A stretch of 64,000 bases of DNA from the human T2T-CHM13v2.0 reference genome, Homo sapiens, in the NCBI RefSeq assembly GCF_009914755.1, contig NC_060932.1, one strand, 5' to 3'. How positions within the stretch are numbered: position 1 is the stretch's first letter; every line of letters starts with the position of its first letter. Below the pieces are notes generated by a model that did not search any database, was not told the DNA's origin, and was given only the letters and a program-made list of their open reading frames with translations. The position numbers and the translations under genes were made by a program. Below are positions 1 through 11,156 of the stretch, one piece after another.

Positions 1-1689
1 TATTCCATTAAAGCCATTTGGATTCAAAATTGGAAATACTTACTCTCCTGATAGGTTTATTTTCATTATTATTGTACTAATAGTCTTTCTTAAACTATTA
101 TTTAAATACATTTTTATGATCAGACTCCAGACCCCCTAAAAGAGATCATTCATATCCTCCACCTCATGGAAGGTATATTGCACATAGGTGGAGGTCCGTA
201 AATTTTGATGAATTAAATTCCTTAAATAAATTAGATGCTGCCTTTACAGACTGATTAATCTCCTGAAACCACTGACGCTGAACTCTGTTGTCATCATTTT
301 TCAATATTTAAGTAGTCCCTTAAAATCTTAGATTCTTTCCTGAACAAACCATAACGTGGCAGGTAAAAAGTAGAACAGTATTTGTAGCCCAGGTTTAAAA
401 ACACAATTAATTGGGTGATATATTGCCATGTGATAAGCTATATGATAACCGTTAGCTCCAGGCTTGTCGGTTCCTACATGCAATCACAAACACATCAGAT
501 TCCTCAGTAAAAAATTAAATCAGGTTCATAATGGTCAGGAAAAATGAGTAGACTCCAAAAGAGAATGGACTTCAGAAGACCCTATTTGAGGCAATAAACA
601 AACCAAGCTCAAATGTAGTTAAAAATATTCTCACTAGAGAGGAAAAACTCAATTCCAGTATTGTGACAACACGGTGACAGCATGGTTTTTACTTCTGAGG
701 GTTGTAATGCCCTTTTCTCATAAAACCTGGAGAAAGCCAAAAGCAGTTCAATTAAAGTGTCTGAATGTGTTCATCTGTTATCTATAGCTCAGTGGGACAG
801 CTCAGCTGGGGTCTACAGAGTTTAGCTGTGTACTTTTACTAGAATATTCCCTAAAGCTTCTCTGAAGCTATTAACTGTACAGGTCACTGTAGTAAAACTC
901 ACTCCTCAGTGTCTCTCTTGACATTAGCAAGCAAACACTAGAGTGCAGTGCAGAGTAAAGGGAGATTTTCTCTCTAATTAAAAAGAAGTTCATGATCTGT
1001 AATTTCAAAGTCCATCAAGCATAATCCTATAAAAATATATGCCTTATGCATGAGGTTATAGGATTTATATCAAAAAATAAAATTAAGCTTATTTTATACC
1101 TTCCAAATTGAAACATTTGAAAGGAAATCGTTGCAACATCATTAGTTTGCCATAGGGTGATGCATTCATATGTTGCAAAACTAGTTCTGCACTCCAACCT
1201 TTAAAGTCTCCACACAATTGTGTATGTCAAAATATATTTGATGCTGTAACTCACAATTTTATTAACATTCTTAGTTTCCATTAAGTATTTTACATATTGT
1301 TATATGGATATTCTATTTTATCTCCTAGAAAAGTGAATGCTTAAAAAGGGATATAGACGAATTATAATATATCCCGTTAAGGTTTTCTTCAGATTACAGT
1401 ATTACATTCTAAAGTAAGTTGAAATATCCCAGGGATTTCAATAAATAAAATTTCCTATTATTTTTATGGCTTTAAATAGGAAGGAGAGTTGAGAATACAT
1501 CTGTGAGAGAGCAAAACATAAACCCACTATGGTCCTAATGTTGGCATATCAAGAAAACTCTCTGTGTGATTATTTAAAGAAAGAGTCTGAGCAAATGCCT
1601 ACAACTATTTAAGAGAGGCTGCATTCACTGCAACAAACTAGAGTTTATTTCTTTTCAGGAAAAAAAAAAGATCTATTAAAAGTCATTGT

Positions 1690-1795
1690 AAGATTTTTCA
1701 TCTATGAAATAAGAATCATAATTCTCACCATACATACCACAGTAGATTTTTGTGACATTAAAAAATGAGCTAGTGTATTGTAAAACACAAAGCAA
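1690..1795 (+). mobile_element. MIR SINE core fragment
   Basis: ttcatctatgaaataagaatcataat...ttgtgacattaaaaaatgag resembles MIR core (ctcatctgtaaaatgggg...gtgaggattaaatgag); highly diverged. Confidence 0.55.
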
Positions 1796-1974
1796 CATAA
1801 AAATGTAAGTGATAACCAAGAGGATGATCATTTTCTGTTTATAGCCAAAAATAGAGAGATGTCACACTCAGCATGTAACAGAGTATTTAGCACATTAAGT
1901 GTCTACCATTTTTTTAAGTGAAATATTAATCAATGTTTGGCAGACACACTGTCAAATGTACAAAATTAAACGCA

Positions 1975-2945
1975 AAATGAGCCTGAAGCATCTATTAGTG
2001 CCAGAATGTAATGAAGTACTCAAATACATGCACATACACACAGTGGTGAGGGTATGTCAGAAGAACACAGGAGGAAACTAACAGAGCTCTCCACAGTGAA
2101 AACTGAAACAATCTGAGCATCAAAATAGATGAAATAGTATTGAATTATAACCCAAAGTGCAGAGGAAAATAAATTAGTTCACAGTGACATAAATGATTAA
2201 ATAAAAATAGAGAAATAAATGGAAAAGCATAAACAAATCTCTTTCACAAAGGAATTCCAAATAATATACTGTATATAGGCACTCTACCCTCAAGCAAGAG
2301 GAGCACAACTCCCCATCCCTTAAGTATGGGCTGTGATTAGTGACTCTCCTCCAAAGAGTACCGGGGGAAAGAGTAACTGTATAGTGGAGAAACCTGACAA
2401 ATAACCACCTCAGTCAGGTGATCAAAATCCATATCAATGGTGATAGGCCATGCCTGTAGTGTATACCCTTCATATGATGTGATGAGAATGGCATTTTATC
2501 TCTTTGGTCTTCCTCCCCAAAACACATAACCCCAGTCTAATCACGAGAAAAAAATCAAATTCCAATTAAGGAACTTCATACAAAAACCTAAACAGCACTC
2601 CTCAAAACTGTCTAGGTCATCAAGCACAAGGAAAATCAGAGAAACTGTCACAATCGACAGGATCTTAAGGGACATGACAATGAAATTAAATGTGATATCC
2701 TAGATGGGATCCTAGAACAGAAAAAGCAAATTAGGTTAAAACCAAGCAAAGCTGAATTAAGTATGAACTTTAGTTAATAATAATATGTCAGTATTCATTC
2801 ACTAATTGTGACAAATGTACTGTATTTATGCAAGATGTTAGTAATGGGAAACTGGATGTGGAGAAGGAGAGGCAGGAAGTATATGGGAATTCTCTGTACT
2901 ATGCTCATTTTTTTCCATAAATGTAAAATGTCAATTTAAGAAAAA
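1975..2945 (+). mobile_element. Old LINE-1 3' UTR (L1MC/L1MD type)
   Basis: Characteristic blocks agtggagaaacctgacaaa, gatgtgatgagaatggca, cataaccccagtctaatca, atcctagatgggatcctagaacagaaaaag, tatgggaattctctgtactat. Confidence 0.85.
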
Positions 2946-3924
2946 TGTTAAAGACCTACCAAACATGCCTTTTTTTTTTCCTTGTAGGTGATGCAAGATA
3001 CAGCAACTCATCCTCCACCATGGAGGAGATATCTCAACATGCTCTTGACCATTGGATCCCCAGAAACCTCACTAAAGTAGAAATTTCCTGAAATGTGGGG
3101 TTTATCTCCCATCCTCTGGTTGAAATATATCTTACTAAGACATAAAAGTGCTTTATTACTTCCTGCACATTCTATCCAATCCTCAAATGTCCTCAAAGTT
3201 GTGGACCACAATAGTGTTTTGTCAAATACCAAGGCAATCATGACTTTTACAGACTTGTGACAGAGAGCAGGAGAATTGACAGAGGCACAACAAGAGGGAG
3301 TAATATTCATTCTGCCAGGTAAAAGTAAACAGTTTCTGATGGTCAGAGGAGAAAGCATTGACCAGGAATTAATCATTTAATTTTTATTTGAAGTATTTTA
3401 TGAGCCAATTACATCACTTCTTAGACTCTCTTATATTCAAGGTTAACTTTTCACTCTACAATGCTGTCATTACTTGAATCTTAAGTAGGAAACTATTGCT
3501 CTTAGTACAAATTCAGTAAAGAAAGAGTTTATCAAATTCCATCTGCCTTTGTGTAATGATGAATAAAGTATGTATTAGATAAACATTTACAAATAATAAT
3601 AATAATGAAAAAGTGCACAGCTCTGTACCTGTGGGCAGTGGGGGAGAAAGGGGTGTGGAGGAGAAAGCTAAGTTACAATGATGAACTTCTTTTTAGAGAA
3701 AATTTGAAAATGGATTCAACATCAAGGAGAATTATATAGAATCTGTTATATAAAACTAGCTTAAGATTTTGAAAGATATGACTTCCATGGTATGTTTCTT
3801 TTGAGTTGTTTGTACTTTCCTCAATAGACAATGATATATATATGAGCTGTTAAAAGATAATCATGGTCAAAAGTCTATCATAAACAATTGCAGAAGAAAA
3901 AAAAGACAGGTAACTAAAGATGAT

Positions 3925-4420
3925 GAGATATTAATGCCAGTGTTGTTAAGGTCAGAGTCATACATCGCTGACGGCAATATGATGGTATAATGCTTTTGGA
4001 GAGCCATTTGGCAATGCCTATCAACAGGAATAAAAATTTTCATCTCCTATGACTCAGTGATCCCACTTCTGGGAATGTATCCTAAGAAATTACATTAAAT
4101 GCATAAAAAAGCTATAAGTACAAAGCTTTTTATTTCATAACATTTTAGACTCACCAAAAAAAGACAATAAATGAAAAATTCAAGAATAATTTTAAAAACG
4201 AATCAGTAGATTCTCTTTATGCAGTGATCAAAAACAATAATTTAAAAGGCTATGTAGCAATATGGAAATATGCTAGCTTTGTGATATAACATTAAATGAC
4301 AACAGAACAATACAAATAGAAAATGCTACTATACCAAGTAAAAATAAATATTTATATATTTATAAATAAATACAAATGTGGACAAGTACTGGAAGGAAAC
4401 ACTTTTTAAAATATATTAAT
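3925..4420 (+). mobile_element. Old LINE-1 (L1ME-like) ORF2-end/3' fragment
   Basis: ttttggagagccatttggcaat and tatgactcagtgatcccacttctgggaatgtatcctaag match the L1 '[12 protein letters not shown]' region. Confidence 0.65.
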
Positions 4421-4543
4421 TTGTAGACATTGTGAGAATCTTCAGTTAATTTTACCTTTTAAATCTAGATATTCTTTAGTTTGGAATCAGTGCTATCTGG
4501 TAACAGACCCATAATCTTTAAAACATTATTGCTTTTACTTTTA

Positions 4544-4613
4544 CTACTTTTGGGGAGGTCTCTGGAAGCTTACAATCATGGCGGAAGGGTAAGGAGGAGC
4601 AGGCACATCACAT
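4544..4613 (-). repeat. 70-bp copy of an internal segment of the neighbouring MST LTR
   Basis: 67/70 identical to 5621-5690 by direct comparison. Confidence 0.9.
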
Positions 4614-5114
4614 TGCTATTTATTTATATTTCTGTCACCTCTGAAAGCATTAATAAAAAATTATGCAAGAACTCAAACACACCTTCTAAGGGGAGTTAAC
4701 TGTTTAATGAGCAAGAGATGACCTGGAACTATAAAAGTTTTCAGGAAGATTTTCTGCTAAACAGATAATGCATGTACATAGCATATCTTTCCCTCCCTTT
4801 TCCCAAGATTTGGGTAGACTATCCAAATAAATGAAAAAATATTTCATTCCATAGTCCTCACTCTGCTCCAGATTTCACAAGATTTTACAGATTTGTTCAG
4901 ATTTGGTATCTTGTTTCAGATTTTGGCAATTTGCTAATATGGACTAATATTAGCATTTTTTGAGAATAGATCTTACAGAGAGGTGAAAATAGAAGGGGCT
5001 TGAAATTAAAGCATGTGGTACACGCCGAGGCAAGAAAATACTTAATAAAAAGAAAAACTAAGTATCACCTACTTTATAATTTTGATTGAGATCGACTTAT
5101 TGATAGCTGTAGTG

Positions 5115-5303
5115 CAGTAGTTCTTGCAGTGTATTTAAGAATAGCTTCAAGTTTGTGTGTTTTTTAATACAACTTGTATACCCAGTCTGCACAACCAAGG
5201 ATTAAGCTTGAGCATGTCTAGACCCTGGCAAAGGAATCCACATTGTATAAAAGTTCCAGAGTGATTCTGATGCAGGTGGTCTTAAGACCGTGCCTGGGAA
5301 ACT
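5115..5303. mobile_element. MER5-like hAT-Charlie DNA transposon relic
   Basis: cagtagttct at the start, ggaatccacatt...agtgattctgatgca internally, and gggaaactg at the end. Confidence 0.6.
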
Positions 5304-5499
5304 GAAGTATAAAAATTAAATGGGTAAGTCTGATTCTTCTTCCCAGATAGTCTTCTTCCAGTTTAAAAATAAAAGTATTAATATATATAGGGATTCTATT
5401 ATATTCATTTTTGCAAAATGGAAGAGAACGTGGAAAAACAAAAACAGTTTTAACACAGAAAGATCTCCCACCAGATGTTACAATTTGCAAAATATTCCA

Positions 5500-5919
5500 T
5501 GTTATTGACTGGTTAAACACATGACTACAGAGAAATACCTGAGACTGGGTAATTTTTAAAGGAAAGAGGTTTAATTGCTTCATGGTTCTGCTAGCTCTTC
5601 AGGAGGCATAACACTAGCATCTACTTTTGGGGAGGTCTGTGGAAGCTTACAATCATGGTGGAAGGGGAAGGAGGAGCAGGCACATCACATAGCCAGAGAA
5701 GCAAGATAGTGAGGGGGGAGGTGCTACCTACTTTTAAACACCAGATCTCAGGAGAACTCACTCACTATCGTGAGGACAGTACCAAAGGGGATGGTGCTAA
5801 ACCATTCATGAGAACTCCACACCCATGATCAAGTCGCCTCCCACCAGGGCCCACCTCCAATATTGAGGATTACAATTTGACATGAGATTTGGGTGGGGGC
5901 ACACATGCAAACTGTGTCA
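5500..5919 (-). mobile_element. MaLR solo LTR (MSTA/MSTB type)
   Basis: gaaatacctgagactgggtaattt, ggaagcttacaatcatgg, ggtgctaaaccattcatgagaactcc, ttacaatttgacatgagatttggg, ending tgtca. Confidence 0.9.
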
Positions 5920-6344
5920 ACATGTCAAAGTCATCTATAAAAAAGTGGGAATTCAGCTGGTAAGCCCTTGAGGTGATCATGCTACTGCCCAGATTGCTCT
6001 GTCCTTGGGTCTCAGGATTCCCGGCTGGACCAAAATGAAGTCAGCAGCCTCTGTCGCAGCTCTCCACCTCATTCTCTCACCTCTGTTCATGCATTTCTGT
6101 TCAAGAGTGATTGGCTTGCTGATAGCTCAAACTTCATGTGCATCAAAAATAGGTCTTCAAACAGAAAAAAAAAACAAAAACCAGAGACCTAATGGTTTGG
6201 GCTAAAAAAAATCTGAGTTAAAGAAATCTATTTTTTAAAAATCCCATAATTATCAAACAAAACTAACCGAACTAACTGGTGGAAGCCTATGCCCTATATG
6301 TCTTTCCCACTCCCCTATTCACCAAGGCTCTTTTGTGTGGGGAA

Positions 6345-6891
6345 TTTTTTATTTGATTATTTATTTTTATGTTTATGGGCACATAATGGTTGTGCAAATT
6401 TATGAGGTACATGTGATATTTTGACATAAGCATACAATGTGTAATGCTCAATCAGGGTAATGAGACCATCCATCACCTCAAGCATTTATCAGTTCCTTGT
6501 GTTAGAAACATTCCAATTCTACTTTTCTAGTTATTTTGAGATATACAGTAAATTATGGATAACTATAGTCACCCTATTTTTCTACCAAATGCTAGATCTT
6601 ATTCCTTCTATCTAACTGGATTTTTGTACCCATTGACCATCCTGTCTTTATACCCCTCTCCACACTACCCTTCCCAGCATCTGATAACCATCATTCTGCT
6701 CTCTATCGCCATGAGATCATTTTTTAGCTCCCATATATGAATGAGAATCTGTAATATTTGTCCTTCTGTGCTTGGTTTATTTCATTTAATATGTCTTCCA
6801 ATTTCATCCATGTTGCTGCAAAATATATGATTTCATTGTTTTTTATGGCTGCATACTTTTGCATTATATATATATATATCACATTTTCTTT
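6345..6891 (-). mobile_element. L1MA-type 3' end (host of the nested L1 cluster)
   Basis: T-rich tail, then gtacatgtgatattttgac...catcacctcaagcatttatc...ctagatcttattccttcta; same family as 22898-23350. Confidence 0.85.
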
Positions 6892-9108
6892 TTTCTTTTT
6901 TTAATTTTTAATTTTTTTGCCTTGTATTTTGTATCTTTTTATTTCAATAGGTTTTTGGAGAACAGGTGGTGTTTGCTTACATGAACAATTTCTTTAGTGG
7001 TGATTTCTGAGATTTTGGTGCACCCATCACCTGAGCAGTGTACACTGTACCCAGTGTGTAGTCTTTTATCCCTCACCCCCTCCCACCCTTTCACCAAGTC
7101 CCCAAAGTCCACTGTATCATTCTTATGCCTTTGCATCCTCATAGCTTAGCTCCCACTTATAAGTGAGAACATACAATGTTCGGTGTTCCATTCCTGAGTT
7201 ACTTCACTTAGAATAATGGTCTCCAATGCCATCCAGATTGCTGTGAGTACCATTATTTCATACCTTTTTATGACTGAGTAGTATTCTGTAGAGTGTGTGT
7301 GTGTGTGTGTGTGTGTACAGCACAATTTATCCACTCGATTGATGGGCATTTGGGCTGCTTCCACATGTTTGCAACTGTGAATTGTGCTGCTATAAACATG
7401 CATGTCCAAGTACCTTTTTCATACACTGACTTCTTTTCCTCTGGGTAGATACCAAGTAGTGGGACTGCTGGATCAAATGGTAGTTCTACTCCTAGTTCTT
7501 TAAGGAATCTCCACACTGTTTCCTATAGTGATTGTACTAGTTTATATTCCCATCAACAATATAAAAGTGTTCCCTTTTCACCACATCCATGACAACGTCT
7601 ATTATATTTTGATTTTTTTGTTATGGCCACTTTTGCAGGATTAAGATGGTTTTGCATTGTGGTATTGATTTGAGCATTTTTTTCATATGCCTGTTGGCCA
7701 TTTGTATAACTTCTTTTGAGAATTGTCTATTCATGTTCTTAGTCAACTTTCTAATGGGATTGTTTGTTTTTTCTTGATGATTTGAGTTCATTTTAGATTC
7801 TGAATATTAGTCCTTTGTCAGATGCATAGATTGCAAAGATTTTCTCCCACTCTGTGGGTTATCTGTTTACTCTGCTGATTGTTTCTTTTGCTGTGCAGCT
7901 TTTTAATTTAATCAAGTCCTATCTATTTATCCTTGTTTTTTCGCATTTGCTTTTGAGTTCTTGGTCATAAAGTCTTTGCCTAAGCCAGTGTCTAGAAGGG
8001 TTTTTCCAATGTTATTTTCTAGAATTTTTATGGTTTCCGGTCTTGGATTTAAGTCTTTGATCCATCTTGAGTTGATTTTCGTATAAGACAAGAGATAATG
8101 ATCCAGTTTCATTCTTCTACATGCGGCTTGCCAATTATCCCAGCACCATTTGTTGAATAGGGTGTCCTTTCCCCACTTTTATGTTTTTGTTTGCTTAGTC
8201 AAAGATCAGTTGGCTAAAAGTATTTGGCTTTCTTTCTGGGTTCTCTATTCTGTTCCATTGATCTATGTGCCTATTTTTATACCAAAAACATGCTGTGAAT
8301 TCAGCTGTAAATCCATCTGGTCCTGGACTTTTTTTTGTTGACAATTTTTTTTATTACCATTTCCATCTCACTGTTTGTTATTTGTCTGTTCAGAATTTCT
8401 GTTTTTTCCTGATTTAATCTAGGAGGGTTGTATATTTCCAGGAATTTGTCCATCTCCTCTAGGTTTTCTAGTTTATGCACATAAAGGTGATCATAGTAGC
8501 CTTGAATGATATTTTGTATTTCTGTGGAATCAGTTGTAATATCTCCCGTTTCATTTCTAATTGAACTTATTTGAATCTTCTCTCTTCTTTTCTTGGTTAA
8601 TCTTGCTAATGACCTATCAATTTTATTTATCTTTTTTTAAAAAACAGCTTTTTGTTTCATTAATCTTTTATTTTTTTTGTTTCAATTTCATTTAGTTCTG
8701 CTCTGATCTTTGTTGTTTCTTTTCATCTACTAGGTTTGGGTTTGGTTTGTTCTTGTTTCTCTAGTTCCTTGAGGTGTGACTTTTGATTGTCTGTTTGTGC
8801 TCTTTCAGACTTTTTGATGTAGGCATTTAAGGCTATGAACTTTTCTCTTAGCTCCACCTTTGCTGTATCCCAGAAGTTTTGATAGGTTGTATCACTATTA
8901 TTGTTCAGTTCAAAGAATCTTTTAATTTCTATCTTGATTTTATTGTTGACCCAATGATCATTCAGTAGCAATTTATTTTATTTTCATGTATTCGGATGGT
9001 TTTGAGGGTTCCTTTCAGAGTTCCTTATGTGTCAGGTGAGTCTCTTGAAGATAACAGATATTTAGCTGGTGAATTCTTATCTATTCTGCCATTCCACATC
9101 TTTTTAAT
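6892..9108 (-). mobile_element. L1PB (L1PB1-like), 3' part with two internal deletions
   Basis: Poly-T, then ttcaataggtttttggagaacaggtggtg (L1PB 3' end); ORF2 remnants [52 protein letters not shown]. Confidence 0.9.
7293..7316. repeat. (TG)n microsatellite
   Basis: About 12 GT units inside the L1PB. Confidence 0.95.
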
Positions 9109-9265
9109 GACATTTATTGATTTGCATATATTGAACCAACCTTGCATCCCAGGGATGAAGCTTACTTGATCATGGTGGATGAGCTATTTAAAGTGCTGCT
9201 GGATTTGGTTTGCCAGTATTTTGTTGAGGATTTTTAGATTGATGTTCATCAAGAATTTTGGCCTG

Positions 9266-9530
<265 letters not shown>

Positions 9531-11076
9531 AAGAATATTGGCCTGAAGTTTTCTTTTTTTGTTGGTGTCTCTACCAGGTTTTGATATCAGGATGATGCTG
9601 GCCTCATAAAATGAGTTAGGAAGGAGTCCTTCCTTTTCAATTTTTTGGAATAGTTTCAGTAGAAATGGTACCAGCTCCTCTTAGTACATCTGGTAGAAAT
9701 CAGCTGTGAATCCATCAGGTCCTGGTCTTTGTTTGGTTGGTAGGCTATTTATTACTGCTTCAATTTTGGAACTCGTTATTGGTTTATTCAGGGATTCAGT
9801 TTCTTCCTGGTTCAGTCTTGGGAGGGTGTATGTGTCTAGGAATTTATCCACTTCTTCTAGATTTTCTAGTTTATGTACGTAGAAGGGTTTATAGTATTTT
9901 CTGATAGTTTGTATTTCTGTGGGATCAGTGGTGATATCCCTGTTATCATTTCTGATTTTGTTTATTTGGTCCTTCTCTCTTTTCTTCTTTATTAGTCTAG
10001 CTGGTGGTCTAACTATTTTGTTTCATTTTTTTCAGAAAAACAGCTCCTGAATTTGTTGATTTTTTGAAGTTTTTTTTATGTCTCTATCTCCTTCAGTTCA
10101 GCTCTGATCTTGGTTATTTCTTGTCTTCTGCTAGCTTCGAGGTTTGTTTGCTCTTGGTTCTCTAGTTCTTCTAGTTGAAATGTTAGATTGTTAACTTGAG
10201 ACCTTTATGGCTTTTTGATGTGGGCATTTAGTGCTATAAATTTCCCTCTTAACACTGCTTTAGCCGCATCCCAGAAATTCTGGTCTCTTTTTTCTCATTT
10301 GTTTCAAATAACTTCTCTATTTCTGCCTTAATTTAATTATTTACTCATGAGTCATTCAGGAGCACATTGTTCAATTTCCATGTAGTTTTGTGGTTTTGAG
10401 TGAATTTCTTAATCTTGAGTTCTAATTTGATTGTAGTGTGTTCTGAGAGACTGGTATGATTTCAGTTCTTTTACTTGCTAAGGAGAGTTTTACTTCTGAA
10501 TATAAGATCAATTTTAGCCTAAGTGTCATGTGGATATGAGAAGAATGTAGATTCTGTTGTTTTGGGGTGGAGAGTTCTGTAGATATCTATCAGATCCACT
10601 TGATTTAGAGCTGAGTTCAGGTCCTGAATATCTTTGTTAATTTTGTGTCTCAATGATCTGTCTGATATTGTCAGTGGAGTGTTAAAGTCTCCCACTACTA
10701 TTGTGTAAGAGTCTAACTCTCTCTGTAGGTCTCTAAGAACTTGCTTTACGAATCTGGATGCTCTTGTATTGGGTATATATATATTTAGGATAGTTAGCTC
10801 TTCTTATTGAATTGAACATTTTACCATTATGTCATCCTTTTCTTTGCCCTTTTTTTTTTATCTTTATTGGTTTAAAGTCTGTTTTTCAGAAACTAGGATT
10901 GTAACCCCTGCTTTTTTCTGTTTTCCATTTGCTTCTTAAATTTTCCTTCTTTATTTTGAGCCTATGTGTGTCTTTGCACTTGAGATTGGCACCCTAAAGA
11001 CAGCATACCAATTGGTCTTGGCTCATTATCCAGCTTGCCATTCTGTGTCCTTTAACTGGGGCATTTAGCCCATTTG

Positions 11077-11156
11077 TTAGGTTGGTGCAAATGTAATTGC
11101 AGTTTTTGCCATTACTTTCAATGACAGAAACAGCAATTACTTTTGTACCAATCTAG
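11077..11156. mobile_element. MADE1 (80-bp Hsmar1-derived MITE)
   Basis: ttaggttggtgcaaatgtaattgcagtttttgccatt-actttc-aatgacagaaacagcaattacttttgtaccaatctag; 37-bp TIRs; flanks TG/TA (decayed TA TSD). Confidence 0.95.

Noticed and set aside
156-194. Hairpin cctccacct...aggtggagg
   Set aside because: A 9-12 bp stem overlapping a probable L2 tail relic; expected by chance in 64 kb.
1640-1670. Acceptor-like ttttatttcttttcAG
   Set aside because: It is followed by an A-run and a MIR, with no matching donor.
3008-3376. 122-aa minus-strand ORF
   Set aside because: No recognisable domain, and the length is compatible with chance; the splice signals here are on the opposite strand.
8285-8310. Internal L1PB deletion as a spliced L1 retrocopy
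   Set aside because: The deleted segment, judged from the intact L1 in this window, does not start with GT or end with AG on the L1 sense strand.
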